DNA from: Azolla caroliniana
Taxonomy: Eukaryota > Plantae > Polypodiophyta
Assembly (NCBI GenBank): GCA_043228905.1
Contig: JBHGNT010000015.1
Coordinates: 15,190,001 to 15,254,000 of the forward strand
Direction: 5' to 3'
Length of the DNA: 64,000 nucleotides
Positions 11,090 through 23,839 of this stretch are shown here, piece by piece. The notes beneath the pieces are model-generated. The model ran no database searches. It was not told the DNA's origin and saw only the letters and a program-made list of their open reading frames with translations. Made by a program: the position numbers and the translations under genes. Each line of letters begins with the position of its first letter. The first letter of the stretch is position 1.

Positions 11090-13724
11090 TATACAAACAT
11101 TTAAGGACAGAGAAAATATATTATTATTAGCACCACTTATTAATACAAGAAGGTTTAACACCATACAAGAGGCGGAGATTAGGATTTGGCTTACATAGCT
11201 TTTAACCCTAATCTCTCTAATATCTAATGAAGGATTAGGGAGATAGAAGAGGATTTCTTATTACACCAATGGGAAGGAGAAATCCTAAGAATGGAGAATA
11301 GCTACAAAAGACATCAAAAGGAGGCTTTTATAGTTTTTTACAAGGCAAGTGTTTCCCACTAGGTTGCCCATTGGCTTACGTTGCTTCCTATTTAATTTGT
11401 TCTATCCCTTTTTTTCCTATGATTAGTTGAGCTCATTGTCCTTCGTTGGTGCCGCAATCTCCGCAACTAGTGTACTAAATGTCAAATACTTAACATGGGT
11501 TCCCTCCTCTATTTGTACGGGCCCTTGTATTCACAATCCACTACGGTGGAAAACCCTCCTCAAGGGCACTATTAAAGAGTAGAGTGAGAAAAAGATCTAG
11601 ACTCTCTCGCACATATATTATGTGCTCACTCGCAATCCTGTGTAATCCATGGATTATCTATGTTGTAATTTTTTTATGACCTTAGTGACCATCAAAGTCG
11701 TGAAAAACAGATTCCCCATTGTGGGTTGAGGTGTATAAGGCATAGGAATGGGTGGTTGGTTCGAGACTTGGTAAAGTTAATTTGTATATATGTGTGCCAT
11801 GTGTTATGATCCTCAATGGGTGTTTGTGGACTTGGTTCCCATTGTCTCTGCCAAGCAATGGTGCAATCACTACTCATGAGCATATGGTAGAGGTCCCAAT
11901 ATTGAGATGTCTCCCACGCTCATCCTTACCACGTCATCTTTTACATTTCTATGCAAGCTTATACTAAGGTAATAGTACCATGAAGTCGGGATACTTTAAG
12001 TTGTCTATATAAGTCTCTACAATCCTCATCATACCATCTATTTTGTGGCATAGATCCTACTCTATCTTGCTTGGAACGTTTCATGTGTGAGAAACTACTA
12101 ATCATTGTGGAATGAAGGATATGTCTAAGTTGTGTAATAAGATTCTCTAACAACAAAGAAAAATCAAGAGAGGAGAGATGAGCTCAAACATGTCGAGATC
12201 GATGTCAGAGAGCTCATGTGTAAAATGTATTGTAGTGTGATGGCTTGGTTGACTAGAGTTGGTGGTGTTGGAGATATCATTCTGTAGCTCAAAATATAGG
12301 AGGCTATGGTCGGCACCAATAGGGCATGGGACCACTAGAAAGGAGTTAATCATGTGGATAGCGCCAAGGTGTCCTATTAGATAGTTGACTATGTTTTCAC
12401 CTCCTCTATGTGGGAAATGTGTGAGCTCTTCTAAGCTCGAAAACTTTGTGAAACCATTATATATGATCATCCGGTTCCTACTTCCAAGTTCAAGCAAATG
12501 ATGGCCAATGCTTGTGGCATAATGCACCTTGGTATTTCAAAATACATGTGATGCCTATAGCAAAGGGCTCAACTCTAACCATTTCTAGGATTTTATCCAT
12601 CTGAAAGATTGTGCACTATCAAGATTGGGTTCTCACATGAAATCTCCTACAAGGAAGACTTCCCCTTGAGAAGTGTATTTGATTATATCATCCGATAAAG
12701 GTTCATATGGGGAAGGACCATATTATAATGGGATCCTTTTGGGGAAAGTAACAAATGGCAATAAATACTAGATTCCTTGATAGTGAGGACTTTGATCCAC
12801 ATAAAATGGGCTTCTAGGTCTATTCATAGTATTTCTATCCTATTATGTAGCTCTCTCCAAAACAATATTGCAACACCTCTAGATCCTTTGGTAGTTTGTC
12901 AACATGAGGTTTGACTAAATAGCGCTTCCCAATGAAAACCTTCAACTCGTGGGAGTCCTTCTATTTGGGCTCTGGTGTGTTTCTAGTAGGAAAAGTATAT
13001 TTGATATCTCGAAAATGTCCTCTAGACAATTAGGGTGTGCCCAAAGTGCGTTGTTACAATTCCATAAGGTCATTTTTGTTTTATCTTCTACCACATGGGC
13101 CACGCATTGTGAATTGATGGCACGATCATTTATTATAACTTGTCCTTCTCGAGAAAAGGTGTGATGCCCCTCTTTATGAGCCTAGATGACTCGTGGCATA
13201 CTAGTCTTACAATGCCCAATTTACATCTTGGTGAGGCTTTCATCTAGGTAGATAAGATCCCTTCCTAATACTTCGAGAATTATTCTATTCTTGAAAAAAG
13301 GTTACTCTAGATTCCAATTCTTTAAATTGAAGGACTGGCGCTCTCATTCTAATGATATCATGCTCAACCCTTCAAGTTTTAGTGATGGATAGGGTCTCTA
13401 TATACCCTAACATTTCCCCAAGTGTTTCTACATCTTTGACAAGAGATGCACCTTTCTGGAGTCCAACGACATGAACGTTTAAGTGTCGAGCTTGACGCAA
13501 TTTCTCTTCCCCGAGGGCAGCGTTTACAATATTTTCTTGTTTATTTCTTTTTTAATGTTTCAGTTAATAAATCTACCTATCTTGTTTTAATTAGTTTCAT
13601 GTCATTTTTAACTTGCTCTTTAACTTGTTTTATCTCTTCCTTAATATCTGTTGGGAGACAGGTCCCTCCGGATGGGAAGGGAGAAGAACAGTGCTAATGA
13701 ACAAGCTCGGTCGAGGCCGAAACC

Positions 13725-13945
13725 GTATGAGGAGGACCCGGCTACAGAGAGCCGGATGGTGCAGACCCGGTATGAACCGGATGAGGAGTACCCGGCTACG
13801 GAGAGCCGGATGGTGCAGACCCGATATGAACCGGATGAGGAGTACCCGGCTACGGAGAGCCGGATGGTGCAGACCCGGTATGAACCGGATGAGGAGTACC
13901 CGGCTACGGAGAGCCGGATGGTGCAGACCCAGTAAGAACCGGATG
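13725..13945 (+). repeat. 54-bp GC-rich tandem repeat x4 in the LTR U3
   Basis: Unit ggatgaggagtacccggctacggagagccggatggtgcagacccggtatgaacc; related array at about 5590-5810. Confidence 0.9.
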
Positions 13946-14115
13946 AAGAGACATATTCGTAAATATGTTTCTGAGAGTTCATCGAGGCTATATTTGTAAA
14001 TAGCCGAAAATTCATATTAGTATAAATATGACTTAGGGCAAACTTTTAGTAACTGTTGTTATTATTATTTCTTGTCTGCGTGAGATCAGAGCATGTAACA
14101 GTGTACAGAGAGAAA

Positions 14116-17100
14116 AGAAAGAAAGAAAGAAAGATATATTAACGTCTTCTAAGGCCAAATTTGGCCCATGAGACAATTGGTTTACAACAAAAGAGTATTT
14201 ATCCAGTCATCATAACTAAAATAAAATTAAGTAAAAAATAGAACTTAAACTAAAAGAGTTCTAGTAGTGTACAATATGTAGTATACTCGAAAGTGACTAT
14301 ACACTAAGCCTAATTTTATTTCCACCCAAGCCTCTCGAAAAGAAGTGGGGGGTCAAAGGGTCTTGATGTGGGTTCCAATGTAGAGAGTGCCCTAGCCATG
14401 GCTTCTAGGCGGTGTAGCTCACATTCCCTTATTTTCAATATTGCTTCCACATCACGTCGAGTTGCTTTGAAACCCGGCACCCGAGGACGTCTGGTTCTTC
14501 TCTGGTTTTCTGCCTCATCAATGGAAAGGCCGAGTGGTGCAAGTGTGTCGGCATTCGTTGTCTCCTCAGGTTCCTGAAAAACTTCATTTGTTACATGTTC
14601 GTGATCATTAGCAACATTATTGTCAACATTTTGTAACTTATTCTCTCTGTGTTGTTTTAGCTCTAGAATGTATTTGCCTAATTTCTTTATATCTAGAGTA
14701 TCTAATAGTTTGGGGAGGGTGGGAGACGGACCAAGTATGTCTTGGTATTTTGCCCTTATCTCGGCATAGGTTGGACACTTGCATGTAAAGTGGTACTCAT
14801 CCTCTATCTCTATGTGACATAACCTACATATCCTTTCCTCCCTAGGGACTCCACTAGTACGGTCATTTTCAATCTCAAGTTGGTGAGATGATATTCTAAG
14901 TTGTCCAATGGCAACCCTTAGTGCATGTGGTAAGAATACATCTAGATATTTTGGCCGCGTGATAAAACCTAACTCAGAGAAGTGCATGAAGTGTTTCTTA
15001 TAGTACGACATTTTAGATGGGAATGGCTCTAGTGGGGTGATCCATTTACACCGAGTGTAAATTTGCCATATTTCTTGGCGTATTACTTTATTGCGGTTCT
15101 CATGAGAGATTAAGGTGTTATCACTCGTGTGGTTGTACCTAAGGGGAGGTAGGTTATTAATGTCTAGACCATTCGCAAGAAGCCAACTCACCATCATGCC
15201 ATACCATGAGCTAGTATAGCCGGACTCATACAATGATCGAGAGGCCTTAAAGGCTTGATGAGATATTCTATCATGTGGTTGGCTATGTATCCTATCAATG
15301 AAGACTACAAGTTGAAAAAATGCCTCTACTAGCATTGGGGGTAACGTGAACTCGGCCCTAATAATGTCATGTGGTACAGTCGATTTGCTTCGGAGTTGGC
15401 ATGATAGCATCATCACCAATGGTCTCTCTAATTGCGTCCACATGAAAGATGGTAATCCTAGAGCCCAAACCGCTGATGCATACATGAGGGAGGGGGTCAC
15501 TAATGAGTCAAAGAGCCACCCTTTAGTCTGTGGCTCTTGAAAGTGTGCTTGGTGGCATTGTCTCTCTAGGAGTGAGAGGGATGCATGTCCTCTCGTGAGT
15601 CTATCCTTCGCTGCCTGTGTCATCGAAAATTTACCTGAGCGGGCACTAAAAGTGACTCCGAGATAGACGTACGATCCAACCACCTCGACTGGGCTATGGG
15701 AGATGTGTGGAAGATAAGGACTTTCGTTTTCCCTAGATTCACTACCAATCCTCGTTGTACACAAAAGTCATCTAAGGCATTAAGGTGCCTCTGTAGGTCG
15801 TGTTCGGATTCAGAGAGCAAAACTATGTCATCCGCATAGAGCAAGATACGAACCTGCGTATCCCCAAGGACCACTCCGGTGCCTCCCTCACGAGCAATAA
15901 AATATGTGATCTCATCAATGTAGATCCCAAAAAGCGTCGGTGATAGGGAGCAACCTTGTTTTACACCAATAGTGCTAGTGAAACGATTGGATAGGCCACC
16001 TGGGCATCGGACACACCCGGACACTTGTTCATATAGTGCGTAGATGGCCCATACCATATCATCTGGTATCCTCAAGCTTTTAAGTCTATCAAACAACAGC
16101 TCTCTAGGGACTGTGTCAAAGGCTTTGCGGAAGTCCACAAAACAACAATATAATTTCTTCTTGCGAGCCTTAGTTTGGTCAATTAGGCATCTAAGTGTGA
16201 AGATATGATCAATAGTGGAGAAGGCTCATCTAAAGCTAGCTTGTTCAGGTGCACGAAGGTTTAGGGTGTCCATGTAGTCGCTAAGCTCTGCTTCCATTAC
16301 TGCACCATATAACTTAGCAAGGGTATGGCCTATCATAATGGTCCTATATGTATTTGGGTCCATGGGGTCCCCCCCTTTATGTATGGGCGCCACTGTATTC
16401 ATAGTCCACTGTGGTGGAAAACCCTCCGCAAGGGCACGATTGAAGATTAGAGTTAGCAAGGGAGCTAGGCACTCTCTCGCATATATAATGTGTTCTGCTC
16501 GCAATCCTGTGTGGTCCATGGACTTCCTATGTTGTAATTTCTTTATGACCTTCATGACCCTAGAGGTCGTGAAAAGTGTCCCCGTGGTAGGCCGGGGTGT
16601 GGAAGGCATTGGAAAGGGTGGTTGGTTTGGGATTTGGTAAAGTCTCTCTGTATATGTGTGCCAAGTTTTGGGATCTTCGATGCGTGTTTGTGGTCTTGGC
16701 TCTCGTAGTCTCTTCCATGTCGTGGCGCAATCGCTACTCATGAGCATATGGTAGAGTTCCCAGTATTGGGATGCCTCCCACGCTCGTCTCTTACGATGTG
16801 TCATCTTACGCATTTCTTTGCGAGCTTGTATGGAGGTAATACTACCATTGAGTTGTGATACTGTAAGTTGTCTATGTAAGTCCCTACAATCCTCGTCATA
16901 CCATTTATTTTGTGGCATTGATCCTGATCTACCTTGATTTGAGTGTTTTGTATATAGGAAACTGCTAACTGCTACGGAGTGAAGGATGTGTGTGAGTTTT
17001 GTACTAAGGCTTTCTAACGGTAGGGAGGGATCAAGGGAGGGGAGATGGGCCTGAACATGTTGAGGGTATATGTCAGAGAGCTCATGTGTGAAATGTATTG

Positions 17101-17660
17101 TGGTGTGATGCCATGGTTGACTAGACTTGGTGACCTTAGAGATATCACATTTTAGCTCAAAGTATAAGAAACTATGGTCTGCACCAATAGGGCATGGGGC
17201 CACTCGGAAGGAGTTAATCATGTGGGTAGCTTCAGGGCGCCCTATTAGATAGTCAACTGTGCTTTCCCCTCCTCCATGTGGAAACATGTGAGCTCTTCCG
17301 AGCCCGGCCACTTAGCTAAACCATTATATATGACCATCTGGTGCCGACTGCCAAGTTCGAGCAGATGATGGCCAAAGCTCGTGGCGTCCGCACCTTGATC
17401 CTTTGATCTACGTGTGGTGCCTATGTCTAAAGGATCAACATTCACCATTTCTAGGTTTCTATTCATCTGAAATACTGTGCATTGTCGGGATTGGGTTCTC
17501 GCATTGAAGTCTCCTACAAGAAATACTTCTCCTTGGGAAGAATATCGGATTATGTCATCCGATAGGGGTTCGTATGGAGAAGGCCCATGTGGCATTCCTT
17601 CATCAACTAATCTCGTCAAGCCACCAATATTATAACGGGATCCTTTTGGGGGAAAGAGAA
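14116..17660 (-). mobile_element. LINE-C: 5'-truncated RTE-X-like LINE with (TTTC)n tail, inserted in the LTR GA tract
   Basis: Partial APE-RT-CCHC ORFs (17245-17745, 16226-17311, 15620-16138, 14316-15764). Tail (GAAA)n on + at about 14116-14133. Probable TSD AGAGAGAAA (14107-14115, 17661-17669). Confidence 0.9.
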
Positions 17661-18035
17661 AGAGAGAAAGAGGTTGTTGCCTCTGTTGTAACCGCCGCCT
17701 GTGGCGAAGATCGTGAGCACGAGGTCGTTGCCTCCGTGAACTCACTGTTGTACATACTAATCTAGTGATAGTTTGCAGCCTGTGGGCTGCTGTGGTTTTT
17801 TCCCTAGTTTGGGGTTTTCCACATTAAACATCTTGCGTACTCTTCTCTTCCATTGTGTCGTTCTTTATTTCCCATTTTCTATTTATGATCCTAAGCTCGG
17901 TTGTGGCCGAGCGTTGCGTATAGGGAGCGTTTCAGTTCCCAACAATATCTTCTAAAAAGAATAATTTTCCATCTTCCTTAGATACCTCAATGTTATTGAT
18001 TTATTTTTTGAAGTCGATGTTTTGTAGTTTGAGTT

Positions 18036-18113
18036 TGTAACGAAATGAGGAGCAAGAGTGGCTGAGATGCAACGGAAGGATTGTGTGTGTGTGTGTGTGT
18101 GTGTATGTAAGGC

Positions 18114-18164
<51 letters not shown>

Positions 18165-21100
18165 AGACAGAGATAAAATATTGTATATTACATTAACCAA
18201 AATACTTCCAACAATAACTAAGTTACAAGGGGTTGGTTTAAATACCAACTAAACTAGGGTAAGTGCCCTTTCTACTATTTGCAAAACTAGCCTGGTATGA
18301 CCATGAGCTAATGTGAAACCTATTACTATGGGAAGTTGAGTTCGACTCTCAACACGCCCCTTCGAACACAACTTCCATCTTTCGAAAAGTTGTTTCGGTT
18401 CGGTCTTCAAAATCCGGCGTTCGTAATCCTCGAACTGGATTGTTCGGTTTTTTGGCTTCGTGCTGGGTTCAATTAACTACGTGTTGCATACTCATGTATC
18501 ATTGCATGTTGCGTACTCGATCAATTGCGTATAGTGCGTGTGTCGCTCGCAGTACTCCCCCTCAAGCTCGGCAATGTGGATGTCGTGAGACCAAGATCCG
18601 ATGTGAATTGCCCGAGCTTGTCGACTTCTAAGGACTTCATAAAAATATCAGCAACCTAGAGGTGTGTACTGATATGTTGTAGATCGATTTCTCCAGCCTG
18701 TACGCGCTCACGGATGAAGTGGTAGTGCACTTCGATATGCTTAGTACGCACGTGAAATACGGGGTTTCATGCCAAGTAGATGTTGCTCATGTTGTCACAG
18801 TATAGGCGAATCAGATCTTTGATGGGTACACCCAGATCCTTCAGAATACACTTGAGCCATACAACTTCGCATGTGGCGACTGTTGCGCCCTTATATTCGG
18901 GTTCCGTGCTTGACAGTGCAACTGTCGGTTGCTTCTTACTGCTCCAGGAGATCGCTCCGCTACCAAGGGAGAAGACGAATCCGGATGTGGATTGTCTATC
19001 CGCTTTGTATCCTGCCCAGTCCACATTTGTGTATCCCTCGAGTCGAATGGTCGTATTTGACTGATACATAATGTTGTAATCCATCGTCGTACTGATATAC
19101 CAGAGTATCCTCTTAGCGCAATCGAGATGAAAGTTTCGCGGATTCTGCATGAATTGACTAAGTAGGCCGACCGAATAACTGAGGTCGGGTCACGTGATGG
19201 TGAGATAGATTAAGTTGTCGATCAGTTGATGATACTGAGTTGACTCGCACTCGGTTGTGCTGGAATCGGCATCAATCTTGAGATTACGATCGAGAGGGGT
19301 AGACACAGGTTTGCACTCGGTCATTCCGAACTTGTACAGAAGGTTGAGAATGTAGTGCCGTTGAGAAATCATTATTCCGACTGGTGTCCGAATTACTTCA
19401 ATGCCAAGGAAGTAATGGAGCTCGTGCAGGTCTTTCATTTCGATTCTTCCGGAAAGAAGTGATTTGACCTTGTTAATCTCGGCGAGATCCTTTCCTCCAA
19501 TGACCAAATCATCCACGTAAAGGATTATGATAATCGGGCTATCCGACTCGTTTCAGATGTACATAGAAGTATCGGATTTTGACATTCGAAATCCAATCTG
19601 ATGAAGATATTGCGTGATCTTCTAGTGCCACGCACGTGGTGCTTGTTTGAGGCCATAGAGAGGCTTCTTGAGTCGGCACACGACGTTCAGATGATTGCAT
19701 GATTCAAAACAAGGTGGTTGGATCATGTACACCTCTTCCAATTCGCCTTGAAGAAAGGCATTCTTGACGTCCATCTGGTGAAGGTGCCACCCTTTTGCTG
19801 CCGCGATTACAATTACGGTTTGCACAGTTCTCATCTTTGCCACCGGGGCAAAGGTCTCTTTGTAGTCTACGTCGTTCGTTTGCGCATATCCTTTCGCAAC
19901 AAGCCATGCTTTAAAGCGATTTACGGAGCCGTTGGCATTGTGTTTCACTTTGTAAATCCACCTACAGCCAATTGTTTTCTTGTTCGGAGGGTGAGGAACG
20001 AGATCCCAAGTCTCATTTTTGCATAACGCTTCCATTTCCTCTTTCATCGCATCGACCCATCGCGGATCCTTTACGGCTTCGGAAAGCGTCTCCGGCTCCT
20101 GTACTGACGCTACCTTCATCATGAACGTGTAATGATACGCCATGTACTTGTCATAGCCGAAACGGCTTATGAGGTTCTTTCCACGGGTGGACCGGCGTAG
20201 CTCTGCATCCGTGGGGACTATGGCTTTCCTCGCTCCATTTGTTTCAGTGTCGAGACCTTCAAATTCACTGTCGAGAGAGTGAAGCACCTCAATCTCTTCC
20301 TGATCTTCATATTCCCGCATTTTCGCCTTCCCTTTGTCCAACTTCAGACTTGGTTGAGATGTGCTTTGATCGCTTGGCGGCTCTGATGGCCCACTCAGCC
20401 GTGTCGAAATTGGGCTGTCTTTGAACATCTGTGTGAGCCGATCCTCAGCTTCTATTTCTATTTCGGTGTCATTCACGTCGAGCGGAGTTGGAGTCGAAGT
20501 ATTCTCTGGTGCGTACCAGGATGCATATTTGTGAAGACTACGCCTCGACTTGTTCGAACTTTTCGGCTAGATGGGTTGTAGCATTTATACCCCTTCTGTT
20601 CGAGTGAGTATCCTACGAGAATACATTTCTCTGACTTCAGGTCGAGCTTTTGTCGCGTATCATCGGGAATATGCACGTAAGCGATTGCGCCGAAAATGCG
20701 AACATGTGATAAGTCCGGCTTCTTTCCAAAGAACTTCTCATGAGGAGTTACGTCGTGTACTCCCGAGGTTCTGCACCTATTCATGACGTATACAACCATG
20801 TTCGCCACTTCTGCTCAGTACGATTTCGGTAGGTTCTTCTCATTCATCATAGCCCGTGCGACTTCTACTATGTGTCAGTTTTTACACTCAGCTACATCGT
20901 TCTGTTGAGGTGCATGACGGCATGAGAATTCTCGTCAGATTCCTTCCTTTCAGAGATACGTCGTAAACTCATCCGAAAAGTATTCTTTGCCTCCATCTGA
21001 TCGAAGGCAGCGTACATGCCGATGCGTAGCTTTTTCGACTTCAGCTTTGAATCTCTAGAAGTATCCGAACACTTTGCTCTTTTGTTTCATCAGGTAGATC

Positions 21101-22974
21101 CAAGTGTTCCTGGAGAAGTCGTCGATGAACATAACGTAATATCGGCATCCACCGAGTGTCCTTGTCTAGGCCGGTCCCCATACATCTGAATGTACGACAT
21201 CCAAGATCCCTTTCCTCACATTCTGCTCTTTTGGGAATGGATGTCGGCGTTGCTTTCCGAACTGGCATGCTTCGCATACGCCCGTAATCTCCTTCGCGAT
21301 AAAGTTCGGGAGTCCGATTACGACTCCTTTCGATTGCATGTTCTGAAGTTTTTGGAGATTAATGTGGCCGATTCTTTTGTGCCACAAATTTAAGTCCGTT
21401 TCAACTTTGAGGCCCTTTGCGAACATGGCCGACTTTACCTCATTCGATTCGAGGATAAACATACGCCCTTCTCGTCGACCGTGTGCAACGACTTGACCAC
21501 CCCTTTCGATGAAGCACCCATCATTGTTGAATCGTACTTGCATCCCTTGTTCGACAATCTATCCGACTGAGGCCAGGTTTTTCGTGATGGTGGGGACATG
21601 CAGTACATTCTTGAAGTAGGTTTGTTTTCCGTCGTTTCCGAATGGGATATTCCCGATATGCTATATTGGATGAGTCGTGTCATCTCCTGTTTCGACATAT
21701 CCGGGACGTTCAAGCTTCCATAGTTCCCAAAACCAATATGCATGATACGTCATGTGATTGGATGCTCCTGAATCGACAAACCATACGTTATTTGAGTTGG
21801 AGGCACTAGTTGAATCCTATGCTGATATCGAGTGTGCTTCGTGTCTCATTACGAACATTCCGCTACGATCATCGTAGTCAGAATTCGTAGCATAATTCGT
21901 AAACATTCCACTACCATTGTCGTAGTCGAAATTCGATGCGTAGTTCATGAGTTGTCGGCTAGTTGAAGCAAAGTCTCGTACCTTTTTCTGGCACTCCTCT
22001 TCATAGTGGTCGTGTTTTCCACAGTACCCGCATTCAATCGGGTTGTTACGATTGCTCGGTCTGGCGTGATGACTCCCCCTTCTACCGAACTCTCTGGGAC
22101 CATTCTTGTCCGCTTGCCATTGGTGGGGGTTACGCTCTTGAGTCTGCTGTCCATTACGGCCTTGTTCGAATCGACCTCTATTTCCACGGCCGAAATTTCT
22201 TCTATCATCTGACTAGGAGTAGAGCATATGACCCTCTCGTGCATTGCTCCTTTTTCGGGCTTGATTTTCCTCAACCAACAATATTGATTGGAGATCTAAA
22301 AATGAAGGAGGGTTCTCCCTTGCAAGGGTGGCCGATCTAATCGAGCCAAATCGGGGTGCTAAGCCACCGAGGCATATTTGCACCATCTCGTCATCATCAA
22401 TTACGACATTAATCGAACCGAGGGCATCACACAGCTCCTTGATCTTTAAGGTATAGTCTGTGATTGACATGTCCCTCTGTTGCATGTTGTTTAGCTCCTG
22501 TCGAATTGGAGCTTTCGTGCAACCGTGTTGGCCGCAAAAATCTTCTTGAGATTTCCCCAAGCTTCTTTTGGTGTTTTCGAATCTCGAATATAGCCAAGCA
22601 TATGATCATGAACGCATGATGCAAGGCAATACAAAACACGTTTTGGGGCCTGCTCCCAAGCGGGATAGTCGGTGTGTGTTGGGTTGGGTTGAGTTTCGTG
22701 AGCTCCTTCAATGTAGCTTTAGTAACCTTGTCCAACAAGGTATTGATGCATCTTGTATTCCCAAGATGCAAAATTCATTCTGTCAAGCTTCTTGGTAGGA
22801 AGAGCGCTTCCCATCTGAGTGTTCATTATGTCGATTTCTTCTTTGTTGATGAGTCAGTTCTGTTGATCGTCGGCGTGTACCACAACACAATTGAATAGAT
22901 TCGATTAAGCAACCACACGCTTTGATACCATCTAACGAAACGAGGAGCAAGAGTGGCTGAGATACGGCGGAAGG

Positions 22975-23015
<41 letters not shown>

Positions 23016-23249
23016 ACGTAAGGCAAAATAGAGAGAGAGAGAGAGAGAGAGAGCTTAAGACAGAGATAAAATATTGTATATATTACATTAACCCAAATAC
23101 TTCCAATAATAACTAAGTTACAAGGGGTTGGTTTAAATACCAACTAAACTAGGGCAAGTGTCATTTCTACTATTTACAAAACTAGCCTGGTATGACCATG
23201 ATCTAGTGTGAAACCTATTACTATGGGAAGTTGAGTTCGACTCTCAACA
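18036..23249 (-). mobile_element. Copia-1: full-length decayed Ty1/Copia element
   Basis: 319-bp LTRs at 22931-23249 and 18036-18354; TSD GAGTT; PBS TGGTATCAAAGC (22919-22930, tRNA-iMet-like); gag-PR-IN-RT-RH order with many stops and frameshifts; PPT next to 18354. Confidence 0.95.
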
Positions 23250-23488
23250 GAGTTTTTCTATTTCAGCTTTGAATGTGTCTTTTTCTTCCCTATCTTTGTT
23301 TTCGTGTGTTTCTGTTTCTTTCACCTATTTTTCCATGTCGTTCTCAATTTTACTAAACAATTAAAAATGTCTAAGAAATCTTCCTTACTAATGACCTTGT
23401 CATGTATCTCTGTATGTTCTTTAAGTCGTTTGTAAGTTATTTTAGTGTACAAGAAACAATATATAAAATAGAAAAAAAGGAAAGAAAA

Positions 23489-23784
23489 TGTTGAGAATCA
23501 AGCTCAACCTAGTCTAGTGTGTGAACACACCCTTGAGAGTGTGCACTCAAAGGTCAAAAGTCGCCACTCTTATCTACACATTAACTATGTGTCATAGAAT
23601 ATGATTCTATGACACATAACTAATGAGTTTTCACATTCCCCATGACCCATGAGCTTCGATAGTTAATGAAGAGAGAGAGTGACTATATAAAGCACTCTCC
23701 TCCTACTTTGTAATTAGCTCAGTTAATCTCCTTTGTAATATACATCGTCATGAGTATTCTATTGTTGTTCAAACCTATCTATCG

Positions 23785-23839
<55 letters not shown>

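Larger units (their letters stand above)
13649..17944 (+). mobile_element. Solo LTR of the 5113 family, split by LINE-C (13649-14115 + 17670-17944, about 742 bp)
   Basis: TGTTGGGAGA...TTCCCAACA; TSD ATATC at 13644-13648 and 17945-17949. Confidence 0.92.
11495..23488 (-). mobile_element. LINE-B: older RTE-X-like LINE split into 11495-13648, 17950-18035 and 23255-23488 by nested insertions
   Basis: Collinear with LINE-A 6420-8885 (IIYNG, CPIGADHS, SMPQNRWYDEDC, YLDESLT, ORF1 coiled-coil). Homology resumes after each TSD. Confidence 0.85.

Noticed and set aside
11100-11494. Additional LTR fragment truncating LINE-B
   Set aside because: LTR-like composition and a ...AACA end, but no second terminus or TSD.
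13651-14015. Repeat-protein ORFs or a CRISPR-like array
   Set aside because: Head-to-tail 54-bp units with no unique spacers inside a solo LTR; eukaryotic context with no cas genes.
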